A DNA stretch of 64,000 nucleotides from an uncultured delta proteobacterium (GTDB taxonomy: Bacteria > Myxococcota_A > Polyangia > Polyangiales > B10-G4), in the NCBI GenBank assembly GCA_963727445.1, contig CAVSGI010000012.1:128001-192000 (forward strand), given 5' to 3'. Of this stretch, positions 1 to 10,019 are shown piece by piece (within the stretch, counting starts at the first letter, position 1; each line of letters opens with the position of its first letter). The notes beneath the pieces were generated by a model. That model saw nothing but the letters and a program-made list of their open reading frames with translations. It had not been told where the DNA came from and made no database searches. Position numbers and translations under genes: made by a program.

Positions 1-375
1 CTGATCGCCGCCGCGGTTCCGCTCTTCTGGGTCGCGGCGGGCTTCCAGGTCCTCGATGCGGCCAATGTGTGTGCGCGTTCGACCCTTCAAGGCACCGGAG
101 ACGTCCGCTTTCCGGCGGCAGTCGGAATCGTCACCGCGTGGATCCTCACGCCGCCCGCCACGTACTTCCTCGGCTGGCAGCTGGGGCTCGGCGCGCTCGG
201 CGGGTGGCTGGGGATCGCCGGCGAGATCGCCATCGGCGCCCTCATCTTCTGGGCGCGCGTCCTCAGGGGCGGTTGGCGTCCGGCGGCGGAGCGCACGCGG
301 GCCGAGGTCGCGTCTGATCCGCTCGAAGGCGACGAAGCCCCAGACGAGCCGAGACCCGTGCGGGCGACGGCATGA
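1..375 (+). CDS. MATE family efflux transporter, C-terminal part (5' truncated by window)
   Basis: Frame 1 is open from base 1: ...AGFQVLDAANVCARSTLQGTGDVRFP...LGALGGWLG, the typical MATE C-terminal motif (FQxxD...LxGxGD). Stop at 373-375. Confidence 0.8.
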   Translation: MIAAAVPLFWVAAGFQVLDAANVCARSTLQGTGDVRFPAAVGIVTAWILTPPATYFLGWQLGLGALGGWLGIAGEIAIGALIFWARVLRGGWRPAAERTRAEVASDPLEGDEAPDEPRPVRATA

Positions 376-471
376 GGAGTGGCTCCGGCGGCGCGGCGTG
401 AGAGCGTCGCGCCGCCGGAGGGCACCACTCGACGCTCTCTCGGCGCGAGCGAGTCGTGTAGGCTCTGGCTC

Positions 472-1021
472 ATGACGAAGACCGGGGTACCGCTCGTCCT
501 CGCGGCCATCGCGGCGTGCTCCTCCAAATTCTTCGGGCGCAGAGGTGACGGCCTCGGCCGTCCCGCAGGCCGCGCCGGCCCCCGTCGAGACGGCAGCGGT
601 GCAGCCAGAAGCGGCGCCCGCGGCCCCCGAGGCCCCGAAAGAGCCGCCGGGAACGGCGTCGGCGTCCAATCTCCCCACCAGCGTCCTCGTGGGCACCGAC
701 GTCGTCGCGCTGACCACGTTCACCACGAGGGAGATCGTCGACTCGGATGCGGGCCGCTACGCGATCGAGCTGGGTGGCGCGGAGTCGAGCCTGCAGCTCC
801 GCCGACGCGATGGGTCGTGGAGCTGTGCGCTGCGATACCAGGAGCCGGGTGAGCCCGCTCGACGCCTCGTTGCCGAGCTCACCCTCGAGGACGGCGAGCT
901 GCGATCGTCCGACGGTCGCTTCCGCATCCGCGCAACCGACGACGATGAGCTCCTGGTGCACGCGCTCGGCAACGACGACGTCGTGCCCGAATCGTTGTGG
1001 GTGCTCTACGAGCGCCGGTGA
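472..1021 (+). CDS. Putative lipoprotein with an apparent +1 frameshift at ~526-528
   Basis: ATG 472 gives signal/lipobox MTKTGVPLVLAAIAAC. Removing one A from the AAA at 526-528 joins it to the 545..1021 frame (Pro/Ala linker plus globular domain). Confidence 0.55.
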
Positions 1022-1065
1022 GGCCTGGCGCGCCGGATGCGGGCTCTCCACTACACTGGACGTCG

Positions 1066-1653
1066 ATGACGCCGCCCGTACTGCTCCTCGACGTCATGGG
1101 CACCCTCGTCCACGACCCCTTCTTCGACGACATGCCGGCGTTCTTCGGGATGAGCTTCGAGGAGATGCTCGCGGCGAAGCATCCCGACGCGTGGGTCCGC
1201 TTCGAGCTCGGGGAGCTCAGCGAGGCGGAGTTCCTGCCGCGCTTCTTCGCCGACGAGCGTGCTTACGATCATGCGGCCTTCTGCACGCACGTTCGCGGCG
1301 CGTATCGGTGGCTCGAGGGAGTCGAGCCGCTCCTCGCGGAGCTCCGCGCGCGCGGCGTGGCGATGCACGCGCTGTCGAACTACCCCGTCTGGTATCGATG
1401 GATCGAAGCCGAGCTCGGGCTCTCCCGATACCTCGAGTGGAGCTTCGTCTCGACGGATGTCGGCGTCCGCAAGCCCGACCCCGAGGCCTATTTGGGCGCC
1501 GCGCGGCGCCTCGGCGTCACGCCCGACCGCTGTCTCTTCGTCGACGATCGCGAAAAGAACATCGCAGCGGCGCGCGCGGTCGGCATGGACGCCGCGCGCT
1601 TCGAGGACGCGGCTTCACTCCGCGTCGCGCTCGCCGAACGCGGCGCGCTCTGA
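1066..1653 (+). CDS. HAD-family phosphatase/hydrolase
   Basis: Motif I LLDVMGTL, motif II LSN, RKPDPEAY, motif IV FVDDREKN. Confidence 0.9.
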   Translation: MTPPVLLLDVMGTLVHDPFFDDMPAFFGMSFEEMLAAKHPDAWVRFELGELSEAEFLPRFFADERAYDHAAFCTHVRGAYRWLEGVEPLLAELRARGVAMHALSNYPVWYRWIEAELGLSRYLEWSFVSTDVGVRKPDPEAYLGAARRLGVTPDRCLFVDDREKNIAAARAVGMDAARFEDAASLRVALAERGAL

Positions 1654-1676
1654 AGTTGGCGGGTGTGCGCGCGCCG

Positions 1677-2972
1677 TCACATGCAGCCGATCCGATGGAG
1701 CGTGACGTCGCCGCCCAGAAAAGGCTTCTCTGCGACCAGGGCAAACCCGATCCCCGTGGGGTCCGCGGCGGCGGCGAAGGTGGTCTCCGATCCGGCGAAG
1801 CTCGCGATCGAACGGGTGATCCCGGTTGGCAGGTGATGCGTCCAGAGCTCGGGTGCGCCTCCTTCGTTCCGTAAGACGAAGAAGAACCCCTCGTAGCCGC
1901 GAGCCTCCGTCATCGCGAGGATTTGCCGGCCGGTCACCAGGGGGCTCAGGAGTTGGTTCGTCGATCCGTCGTTTCTCACCACGGCGATGTCCGCCGAGAG
2001 CGCGGAGCGATTCATCACGTCGGGGCCGATGGCGTAACCAACGGCGACAAAGGCCGCACCGCCGACGGTCCAGAGGGTCCGGGGGTCGCCCGGGCGCGTG
2101 TAGATGGGCGTGGGTTCGGATCGCCCCGCGAGGATGTCCACGGGCGCTCTTCGCGACGCCCCGCTCGGTCCGAGCTCGTGAAGCAGGACATGACCCGTGC
2201 CCCCTTCGAAGCCCACCGCCGCGATGAAGGCCCCGCGATCAGCCTGGAAGGCTACGTCGACATCGACGATCGGGGACGTCGATGGCACGCGGTCGCGAAC
2301 GACCCAGCTCTGCCTGTCCGTTGTCGTCCCGTCGGGCGCCAGCACGGTGACCTCCAACGAGTCCACGGAAGCGACCGCGCGCACCGCCCCGGAGGGGCCG
2401 GCGGCCATGGCGAAGGGGCGCGTGATCGAGATCGGGCTCGGGGAAACCGTCGTCCCCGGGGAGGCGCGCCACTGCATCAGATTGGTCTCGACCGGGCTGA
2501 CGGCGAAGTAGGTGTCGTCCACGCGTCCGACCCGGATCACGCCAGGAACGGAGAGGAATCCGACGCTGTTCTCGTGGACCGCGGCGAAGGTGCGTGGGGA
2601 GAAGGTCGTGAGGTCGACACGCATTCTCCCCTGCTGGAGAGTCTCCCCCATGATCGGCGGACCCGAGTAGAACACCGATGCCTCATCGCTCGCGGTAGCG
2701 ATCTCGATGAACCCCTGGGTGCTCTCGTTGGTGAGCACGACCGAGTCGACGATGCCGAGGGCGCAGGGGAGGGTGCCGCCGTCGGTCGTCGGCCCGTCCG
2801 TCATGGCGTCCGTCGGCGCGTCCGGTCTGATCGCGTCCACTCGCGCGTCCGCGATCCCCACGCCACTGTCGCGCCGGACGCCTCCATCGGGCGTCGTGGC
2901 GGTCGGGTCGGCGTCGAGGACGAGCCCGCAGCCGTTCAGGACCACGAGCACGGTCGCGAGACAGCGGTGCAT
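1677..2972 (-). CDS. Hypothetical lipoprotein (beta-rich, DAG/DGG linker)
   Basis: Lipobox VLNGC, myxobacterial DAG-type linker, 431-aa ORF. Confidence 0.6.
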   Translation of the reverse strand: MHRCLATVLVVLNGCGLVLDADPTATTPDGGVRRDSGVGIADARVDAIRPDAPTDAMTDGPTTDGGTLPCALGIVDSVVLTNESTQGFIEIATASDEASVFYSGPPIMGETLQQGRMRVDLTTFSPRTFAAVHENSVGFLSVPGVIRVGRVDDTYFAVSPVETNLMQWRASPGTTVSPSPISITRPFAMAAGPSGAVRAVASVDSLEVTVLAPDGTTTDRQSWVVRDRVPSTSPIVDVDVAFQADRGAFIAAVGFEGGTGHVLLHELGPSGASRRAPVDILAGRSEPTPIYTRPGDPRTLWTVGGAAFVAVGYAIGPDVMNRSALSADIAVVRNDGSTNQLLSPLVTGRQILAMTEARGYEGFFFVLRNEGGAPELWTHHLPTGITRSIASFAGSETTFAAAADPTGIGFALVAEKPFLGGDVTLHRIGCM

Positions 2973-3018
2973 CTTCTCATACTAAACCGGGCGGCGACGT
3001 CCATGCTATGAGACGCCC

Positions 3019-3684
3019 ATGAAGCGGGCCGACAAGGCGGCGCGGATCGTGAAGATCCTGGACGAGCTCTATCCCGAGACGCCGGTGCCTCTCGATCATC
3101 AGGATCCGTTTCAGCTTCTGGTCGCGGTGATGCTGAGCGCGCAAACCACCGACAAGAAGGTGAACCAGGTCACGCCGAAGCTCTTCGAGAAGGGGCCGAA
3201 CGCGAAGCGGATGGCGAAGCTCGAGGTGGACACCATCCGCGAGCTGATCCGCGAGGTCGGGCTCGCGCCGACCAAGGCCAAGAACGTCAAGCGCATGAGC
3301 GAGCTGCTTCTCGAGCGGCACGACGGCGAGGTGCCGCGCACCCTCGAAGAGCTCGAGGCGCTCCCCGGCGTCGGCCACAAGACGGCTCAGGTCGTCGTCG
3401 CGCAGGCTTTCGGCACGCCCGCCTTTCCCGTCGATACCCACATCCACCGTCTCGCGGCGCGCTGGGGCCTGTCGAACGGCAAGAACGTGGAAAAGACCGA
3501 GAAGGATCTCAAGAAGACCTTCGACGAGTCACTATGGAATGCGCTCCATCTGCAGATCATCTTCTTCGGCCGCGAGCACTGCCCGGCCCGTGGACACGAC
3601 CTGAGCACGTGCCCGATCTGCAGCTGGGCCGCGTCGAAGAAGCGGATCCGCGAAGAGGCGAAGAAGAACGGCAAGTCGCGCTGA
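3019..3684 (+). CDS. nth: Endonuclease III
   Basis: LVAVMLSAQTTD, HhH LPGVGHKTA, FPVDTHIHR, C-terminal Cys cluster (GREHC...CPIC). Confidence 0.95.
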   Translation: MKRADKAARIVKILDELYPETPVPLDHQDPFQLLVAVMLSAQTTDKKVNQVTPKLFEKGPNAKRMAKLEVDTIRELIREVGLAPTKAKNVKRMSELLLERHDGEVPRTLEELEALPGVGHKTAQVVVAQAFGTPAFPVDTHIHRLAARWGLSNGKNVEKTEKDLKKTFDESLWNALHLQIIFFGREHCPARGHDLSTCPICSWAASKKRIREEAKKNGKSR

Positions 3685-3691
3685 TGTGCGC

Positions 3692-5002
3692 TCAACCGCA
3701 GCGGCCGCTGCGACAGCTCCCGGAGCAACAGTCCCCGTCGGCGAGGCAGGCCCGCCCGGACGAGCGGCACTGGCAGGTGCCGGAGATGCAGTCCATGTAG
3801 CCGCAGCAGTCGCTTCCGGAGCTGCAGCTCGTCGAAGCTGCGGCGCAGCAGCGCGTGCCGTAGGACACGCCGCGACGGCAGTCGAGCCCGGCGCAGCACT
3901 CGGTCCCGCTGGTGCAGAGCGTCGACTGCACCGGCGCGCACATCGGCTCGGGCTCCGGCTCGGGGGTCGGCGTGGGTGTCGGGTCGGGATCCGGGTCGGT
4001 CTCCGGCGTCATCGGACACGACGATGGCGGGATCCACTGCCAGCCGGAGCTGCAGGTTCCGCTGAAGGGGCCGGTTCCGTCGCCGGCGAGGCACTGCCCG
4101 GAGCCGGCGCAGAAGCCGCACTCGTGGGCGATGGCGTTGCAGTCGGCGCAGCCCGTGCCGCGATCACATACGCTCGAGGACGAGCCCCCGTCCGGCTCTC
4201 CCGCGTCGGGCTCGGGCGCGGCGGCGTCGGGCTCCACCATCCCCGCATCGGGTGTGGGCGCGGGCGATGTGCCGCAGCTGGCACCGAGAGGGAAGCCATC
4301 GGCGGGCGCCTGTCGGAGCCGCGACTCGGTGGCTGGGCCGTAGTCGCCGTCCTCGCTGATGCGATCGCTCGGGTTGTTGCGGTTCCAGAGCCGCTGAAAA
4401 GCGCGTACCGTCTCCGTCCGCAAGTCCATCCCACCGCTGTAGTTGAAGTGCGGCGGGTCGCCGCTGCCGGCCCAGCGCCACCCCTGCGCGGAGAGCTGGG
4501 ACCGATGCGACGAAGCGCTCGCGACGTCGATCGCCAGACCGGACTCGTGATTGCTGTGCCCGGGACGCGCCGCGATGCGGATGCCGCAGCGGCCGGTCTC
4601 CGCCCACTTGCGGAGGAGGTACTGCTGCGGAAGCGTCCGAAGCGCGGAGTTGATGTGGATGGCGCCACCGCGCGCCGCCGCCTGTCGCAGCGCTTCGGCC
4701 GCGTCGCGATGCAGATAGGGCGCCGCCTGCGCCGCAGAGGAGAGGCTCACGCCCGGCACACCTGCGATCGATCGATAGGCGCCGGGCACCAGACAGTCGA
4801 CTTCCTGCACGAGCTGTTCGGTCAGCCCGCGAACGATCGCGGTCGAGCAGCCGGCGGTCCGACCTCCGCCGACGGTCAACTCTTCGAGCGTGGTCTCCGT
4901 GCGCTTTTCATCGGTGGCGCTCGGGGCTGCACAGGCAAAGAGGACGGACGACGACAGCAGGGCCAGCACGAGGCGGGCCCCCGATGTGGGTGGACAACGC
5001 AT
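3692..5002 (-). CDS. M15 family Zn peptidase (D,D-carboxypeptidase-like) lipoprotein with peptidoglycan-binding and Cys-rich domains
   Basis: Lipobox LFAC; SALR, SNHESGLAIDV and DPPHF M15 motifs; AFQRLWN...DGDYGPAT PG-binding motif; Cys-rich tail. Confidence 0.8.
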   Translation of the reverse strand: MRCPPTSGARLVLALLSSSVLFACAAPSATDEKRTETTLEELTVGGGRTAGCSTAIVRGLTEQLVQEVDCLVPGAYRSIAGVPGVSLSSAAQAAPYLHRDAAEALRQAAARGGAIHINSALRTLPQQYLLRKWAETGRCGIRIAARPGHSNHESGLAIDVASASSHRSQLSAQGWRWAGSGDPPHFNYSGGMDLRTETVRAFQRLWNRNNPSDRISEDGDYGPATESRLRQAPADGFPLGASCGTSPAPTPDAGMVEPDAAAPEPDAGEPDGGSSSSVCDRGTGCADCNAIAHECGFCAGSGQCLAGDGTGPFSGTCSSGWQWIPPSSCPMTPETDPDPDPTPTPTPEPEPEPMCAPVQSTLCTSGTECCAGLDCRRGVSYGTRCCAAASTSCSSGSDCCGYMDCISGTCQCRSSGRACLADGDCCSGSCRSGRCG

Positions 5003-5014
5003 GCCGAGCCGCTA

Positions 5015-5030
5015 AGCAGCTCGCGTGCCG
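5015..5030 (-). promoter_or_regulatory. Putative sigma54 (-24/-12) promoter of the M15 peptidase
   Basis: Minus strand reads CGGCACGCGAGCTGCT (GG-N10-GC), about 13 nt upstream of ATG 5002. Confidence 0.55.
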
Positions 5031-5124
5031 GAGTGATTCCACGGGATTAACGTCACCATCGGGATACATCGACCCCAGCGCTCGGGAACATCACCTGTTC
5101 CAGACCCCACCTCGATGTGGCGCT

Positions 5125-7065
5125 TCAGGGTGCGTCTTTGACGCGATGCAGGAGTCGATAGTCCATGCCGCTGCCGCCGCTCGACGAGTCGACGAAGACC
5201 ACGCCGAGCCCGCGAGGAAAGACAATCGCGTCGAGGCGTGAGCCGTACTCGAATCCGTCGACCACGGAGGAGGTTCCCATCGTCGAGTCGTAGCCGAGGC
5301 AGTCGGTGGCGCCCATCGAGGCGCCGTCGTCGTTGCAGGAGACCTGCATTCCCGTTTGAGCGCTCCTGGCGTACATGCGCGGGTCGTAGTTGACCATGCC
5401 GTTGGTGCGCTCGTACTCGGGATGCGTGCGGAAGAAGAAGCCGACGTAGTCGCTCCGGCAGAGGCTGAAGGTCTGCGGCTGGCCTCCGCAGGTCACGAAC
5501 CATCGCGCGTCCTCGCCCGACGATGCGCCCCCGCAGGTGCCCGCCGTCACGCTCGAACCGATGAGGGCGGTCGAGTCCGTGACCGCGTCGCCCTCGAGTG
5601 GCGCGCTGTAGACGAAGGAGGCGACGCCGCGCCCCACGAACTGGATGTGGAGCGTGAAGTCGCCGGTGGTGCACCCGCCCACCGACAACAGATAGGTCCC
5701 GGCCGTGAGCCATCCGTAGAGGCGGGCGTCGCGCATGCCCCAGTCCGGCGCCGAGCCGCAGGAGTGGTCGTCCTGGCACCAGACCTCGCCCGTGTCCTCC
5801 GTGACCATCGCGCCGCTCTCGTTGGTCAAGAAGAGCTTGGTGTCGAAGGAGGAGCCCTGGCTGTCCACGTAGAGGGCGCCGCTCTCGGGCAGCGTGAGGC
5901 TGTACCAGACGTTGCCGCCGCCGGTGCATCCGATGCATTCGGTCCCGCTCGTGGGGCCGTCTTTGGTCGCGTCGGCGGTGCTGCCGCTGACCATGACCTC
6001 GGCGTCATCGAGGGTGACCTCGATCGCCCCCGAGCGCGGGTCGTTCATCGGCCGGCAACGCCCGGTGGAGCACATGGTGCCAGCGCCGCAGGTCATCCCG
6101 CAGCCGCCGCAGTTGTCGTCGTCGTTCTGCGGGTCGACGCAGCCGCCGCCGCACGGGATCTCTCCCGACGTACACGCCGAGGACATGCAGGTGCCCGAGA
6201 CGCAGGTGGGTGTGCCGCTCGGGCAGACGTTGTCGCAGCTGCCGCAGTTGGCGGAGTCGATGTTGGTCAGGGTGCACGTCCCGCCGCAGAGCATCGAAGG
6301 GGTGGGGCAGGTGCAGGCGCCGCTCACGCAGATCTGGTCCGTGCCGCAGGGCATCCCGCAGCCGCCGCAGTGCGCGACGTCGGTGTCGGTGTCCACGCAG
6401 CTTCCATCGCAGACATCCTGTCCCGCGGGGCATCCGCACGAGCCGCCAGTGCACTCCTCGCCGGCGTCACAGGCGTTGCCACAGCTCCCGCAGTTCGATG
6501 CGTCGGTCATGACGTCGACGCAGACCTCGTCCGCGTCCATGCCGCAGAGCATGCGGGGCGCGACGCAGGCGTCGCTGCAGCTCCCGCTCGCGCACGACTG
6601 GCCCGTCGGGCACTCGTTCCCGCAGGAGCCGCAATTGGCGTCGTCGGTCATGACGTCGACGCAGGCAGCGCCGCAGCGCATCTCAGCGCTCGTGCAGGTC
6701 GCGGTCGTGCAGGTGCCTTCGATGCAGTTCTCGCCGTCGCCGCAGCTCCTTCCGCAGGTGCTGCAGTTCATGTCGTCGCTCGTGACGTCGATGCAGCCGC
6801 GGCCACAGTCCGCCATCCCGTCCGGGCAGTCGGTCATCGGCTGGCAGGTGCCCGAGGAGCAGCTCTCCGCGATGCCGCAGATGTTGCCGCAGCCGCCGCA
6901 GTTGTTGATGTCGACGCTCACGTTGACGCAGCCGCCGCCGCAGGAGGTCAGCCCGCTCGCGCAGCTGCTGCCGTCGCCGCCGTCTCCGGCTGACGAGTCG
7001 TCTCCGCAGCCGCCGAGAGCCAAGGTCGCCAGGAGGCAGAGCGAGAGTGCGAAGTCGCGGTGCAT
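5125..7065 (-). CDS. Cys-rich repeat surface lipoprotein (MXAN_6577/Stig1-like CVDxxxDxxNCGxCGxxC repeats)
   Basis: Lipobox LGGC; about 7 repeats of CVDxxxDxxNCGxCG; C-terminal beta domain. ATG overlaps the plsX stop (TGATG). Confidence 0.8.
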   Translation of the reverse strand: MHRDFALSLCLLATLALGGCGDDSSAGDGGDGSSCASGLTSCGGGCVNVSVDINNCGGCGNICGIAESCSSGTCQPMTDCPDGMADCGRGCIDVTSDDMNCSTCGRSCGDGENCIEGTCTTATCTSAEMRCGAACVDVMTDDANCGSCGNECPTGQSCASGSCSDACVAPRMLCGMDADEVCVDVMTDASNCGSCGNACDAGEECTGGSCGCPAGQDVCDGSCVDTDTDVAHCGGCGMPCGTDQICVSGACTCPTPSMLCGGTCTLTNIDSANCGSCDNVCPSGTPTCVSGTCMSSACTSGEIPCGGGCVDPQNDDDNCGGCGMTCGAGTMCSTGRCRPMNDPRSGAIEVTLDDAEVMVSGSTADATKDGPTSGTECIGCTGGGNVWYSLTLPESGALYVDSQGSSFDTKLFLTNESGAMVTEDTGEVWCQDDHSCGSAPDWGMRDARLYGWLTAGTYLLSVGGCTTGDFTLHIQFVGRGVASFVYSAPLEGDAVTDSTALIGSSVTAGTCGGASSGEDARWFVTCGGQPQTFSLCRSDYVGFFFRTHPEYERTNGMVNYDPRMYARSAQTGMQVSCNDDGASMGATDCLGYDSTMGTSSVVDGFEYGSRLDAIVFPRGLGVVFVDSSSGGSGMDYRLLHRVKDAP

Positions 7066-8093
7066 CAGCAGCGCCCCGCTTCGCTCAGCCCGAGCCGAAT
7101 GGCGCCCACCATGTCGGTGTTCACGGCCTTCTGGGCGACCACCAGGGCGTTCTTGATGGCCCGCTCGGAGCTGCGCCCGTGGGCCTTGATGCACACCCGG
7201 TCGAAGCCGAGGATGGGTGCGCCTCCGTACTGCTCCCAGTCGGTCACGCGCCGCAGCTTCTTGATGCCGGGGCTGAGGAGCGCGAGGCCCGCTTTGTAGA
7301 CGACGCTCTTGTCCATGGCGTAGCGACCGAGGCGCATGACGGTGTCGGCGATCCCCTCGAGCATCTTGAGGACGATGTTACCGGTGAAGCCGCCGGTGAC
7401 CACGACGTCGGCCGTGCCGCGCGGAATGTCCATGCCCTCGATGTTTCCGATGAACTCCAGGCAGTCGAGGGTCTTGAGGACGTGATGGGCTTCGACGATG
7501 GCCCGCGGGCCCTTGTGCTCCTCGGACCCGTTCGACAGGAGCGCCACGCGCGGTCGAACGTTGCTCGAGATCCGCGAGGCGTACGCGCTGCCCATGATCG
7601 CGAACCCCACCAGGTCCTCGGCGGAGACGTCGAGGGTGAGGCCCGCGTCGAGGATCAGGCTGAAGGGATCGTCCTTTTCGCCGCGCCGTCTCTCGGTGGG
7701 GAAGACCGCGCCCAGCGCGCAGCGGGTGACGCCGGGGAGGCGCTCGAAAGTCTGGACGCAAGCGAGGGTGACGGCGCCGGTGTTGCCTGCGCTCACCAGG
7801 GCGTCCGCTTCACCGTTGCGCACCAGGCGGGCCGCCTCGAGGACGGAGCAGCGCGGCTTGGCGGCGAGGGCTTCTCGCGGGCTCTCCTCCATGGTCACGA
7901 CGTCGGGTGCGTGACGCACCTCGAGCTTCGTCTCGTCGTACTCCGTCTCGCGCAGGCGCGCCTCCAACTCCTCCCGGTCTCCGACCAGCAGAACGTGCGG
8001 ACCCTCGGGGTGACGGCTCGCTCGAACGGCGCCCGCAACTGTAGCCTCCGGCCCGTGGTCGGAACCCATGGCATCGAGCGCGAGGGTAGCCAT
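7065..8093 (-). CDS. plsX: Phosphate acyltransferase PlsX
   Basis: LALDAMGSD, VSAGNTGA, GNIEG, GFTGNIVLK, YGGAPILG, KAHGRS. Confidence 0.95.
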   Translation of the reverse strand: MATLALDAMGSDHGPEATVAGAVRASRHPEGPHVLLVGDREELEARLRETEYDETKLEVRHAPDVVTMEESPREALAAKPRCSVLEAARLVRNGEADALVSAGNTGAVTLACVQTFERLPGVTRCALGAVFPTERRRGEKDDPFSLILDAGLTLDVSAEDLVGFAIMGSAYASRISSNVRPRVALLSNGSEEHKGPRAIVEAHHVLKTLDCLEFIGNIEGMDIPRGTADVVVTGGFTGNIVLKMLEGIADTVMRLGRYAMDKSVVYKAGLALLSPGIKKLRRVTDWEQYGGAPILGFDRVCIKAHGRSSERAIKNALVVAQKAVNTDMVGAIRLGLSEAGRC

Positions 8094-8135
8094 CGGGGCG
8101 ATTGTAGATCATGTTCTCGCCCCTCATTGCCTTTG

Positions 8136-8741
8136 ATGAACGCTGTCGTGCGATCCGCCCTCGTCCTGCTCCTGGCCCCGATCATCGCCACCCTCGCTGG
8201 GGCGTGCGACCGGCCGGGCTGTGAGAACGCCACCCTCTGCGTGGAGCAGTGCTTCACGCCGGTGTTCCGTCAGTGCAGCGGGTGCCCTGCCGGCTCTTTC
8301 CCCGAGGAGCTCTGCGACCGGCAGACGGTGTGCGTGCGAGACCTCGACCGACCCGACGGCAACTGCGACGCCTCCGCCTGCGCGGATGGCGACAATGGGC
8401 GGTGCTTCCTCGGGCCGAGCGGCGAGCTCTGCAGCTATGACGAATGCGGCGCCGACAGCGATTGCCCCATGGGCATGCTTTGCGCGTGCGCAGCCGGCTT
8501 CCTCGAAGCGAACGTCTGCGTCCCAGCGTCCTGCGGCAGTCCCGACGATTGCGACGACTACCCGTGCTCGCCGGTGCCGGGATGCGGCGGGCCCTACGAC
8601 CCGGAAAACGCCGGGCCCGCTTCTCTCGCCTGCCACGGACCCGACGACGTCTGCTTCACCATCAGGGACTGTCCCGACGGGATGTTCTGCGGGCGGAGCG
8701 CCGGCAGCTGGGCGTGTGTCGCCCCGACTTGTGGCGGGTGA
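8136..8741 (+). CDS. Cys-rich lipoprotein
   Basis: ATG 8136, lipobox LAGAC, dense Cys repeats (ECGADSDCP). Confidence 0.65.
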   Translation: MNAVVRSALVLLLAPIIATLAGACDRPGCENATLCVEQCFTPVFRQCSGCPAGSFPEELCDRQTVCVRDLDRPDGNCDASACADGDNGRCFLGPSGELCSYDECGADSDCPMGMLCACAAGFLEANVCVPASCGSPDDCDDYPCSPVPGCGGPYDPENAGPASLACHGPDDVCFTIRDCPDGMFCGRSAGSWACVAPTCGG

Positions 8742-8782
8742 CCCTCTCGGACGTCGCCCAGGACCAGTGATAGCTTTCCCGG

Positions 8783-10012
8783 ATGCCGCGCTACCCCGAT
8801 CCGGAGGACTGCGAGTGGCTCCTCGAAGAGCTGGCGGTCGTGCTCGAGCGACTCGGACCGGAGCTCTTCCTCTCGAACCCGATCGTGGAGCCGTCGTCGT
8901 TCTTCTTTCCGGATGCCTACACGACGGAGGCAGGCGCCGTTCGGGCCGTGGCGCGGCGTCTCTCGTGGTGGGCGGGGCGCGAGCTGGAGATCGAAATCGA
9001 CATGGACCACGCGCCCGACCCCGTGAGCCATGTCCAGCTCTGGCGAATCGGTGCGCAGCCGGCGAGGAACGGGCGCGTGCTGATCGAGGTCGGCGAGGTG
9101 GGACGTGCGGAACACCTGGCCGGGGCGCTCGCCCATGTCGTCGCGGGCGCGGTCCGGAGCCTCGAAGGTCTCGACACTTCCGGCTCCACGCCCTATCGCG
9201 GCGGCGGCGAGCAGAACGACGAGGAGCTCGAGCTGCAGCTCTCCAGCCTCACCACTGTGGTGCTCGGCTTCGGGCTCCTCGCGCTCGGCGCCGCAGAGCG
9301 CGTGCACACCGGCGGAGCGGTGCAGGGCAACTGGCACAGCTACGAGGTCGCCACGGAGCGACACGGCGCGCTCTCACCGGCCGACCTCGCCTATCTCCTC
9401 GCGGTTCAGCTGGTGGTGCGCGAGTACGACCCCAGAGAGGTGAAGCGGCTCGCGTCCCACGTCCCGGCCAACGCGCGGAAGCTTCTCCGCGACTGGTTCG
9501 CCGAGCTGGCGCCCCGGCGCGTCGCGCTGCTCGAAGCGCTGAGGCTCCCCGACGCCTCGACCTGGCCGCCCGAAGACTCCCCGACGGAGCCGCCCGAGCC
9601 TTTTGCGGTGGAGCCGCCGACCGACCTCGCGCGTCCGGAGCGGGAGAAGCGAAACTGGCGGCGCGTGGTCTTTCGCGTGCGCGAACATCGGGCTCTGAGC
9701 ATGGCGACGCTGGGCGCGCTCGCCGGCGTGATGGGCTCGATGGCGATGCGTTTGCCCCCTCTCTACCTCGTCCTCTTCAGCACCGGCACGCTCATCACGG
9801 GCTACGCGCTCGGTCGCCGGCTCGGTCGCGACATCTGCTCCGACCCCACCTGTCGCCACATCCTCGAGCCCGTCCAGGAGCGCTGCCCCTCCTGCGGTGG
9901 GTACATCGCCGGGCACATCTCGAGCGCGAGCAAGCGGCTCGAGGCCGAGGAGACGCTGCCCACGACCTTCTTCATCGAGCACGAGCTCGACCCGCCCGTG
10001 GACAGGGATTGA
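8783..10012 (+). CDS. Hypothetical membrane protein with C-terminal Zn ribbon
   Basis: 409-aa ORF with GC3-biased codons, two hydrophobic segments, CSDPTC...CPSCG. Confidence 0.6.
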   Translation: MPRYPDPEDCEWLLEELAVVLERLGPELFLSNPIVEPSSFFFPDAYTTEAGAVRAVARRLSWWAGRELEIEIDMDHAPDPVSHVQLWRIGAQPARNGRVLIEVGEVGRAEHLAGALAHVVAGAVRSLEGLDTSGSTPYRGGGEQNDEELELQLSSLTTVVLGFGLLALGAAERVHTGGAVQGNWHSYEVATERHGALSPADLAYLLAVQLVVREYDPREVKRLASHVPANARKLLRDWFAELAPRRVALLEALRLPDASTWPPEDSPTEPPEPFAVEPPTDLARPEREKRNWRRVVFRVREHRALSMATLGALAGVMGSMAMRLPPLYLVLFSTGTLITGYALGRRLGRDICSDPTCRHILEPVQERCPSCGGYIAGHISSASKRLEAEETLPTTFFIEHELDPPVDRD

Positions 10013-10019
10013 CCGCCCG

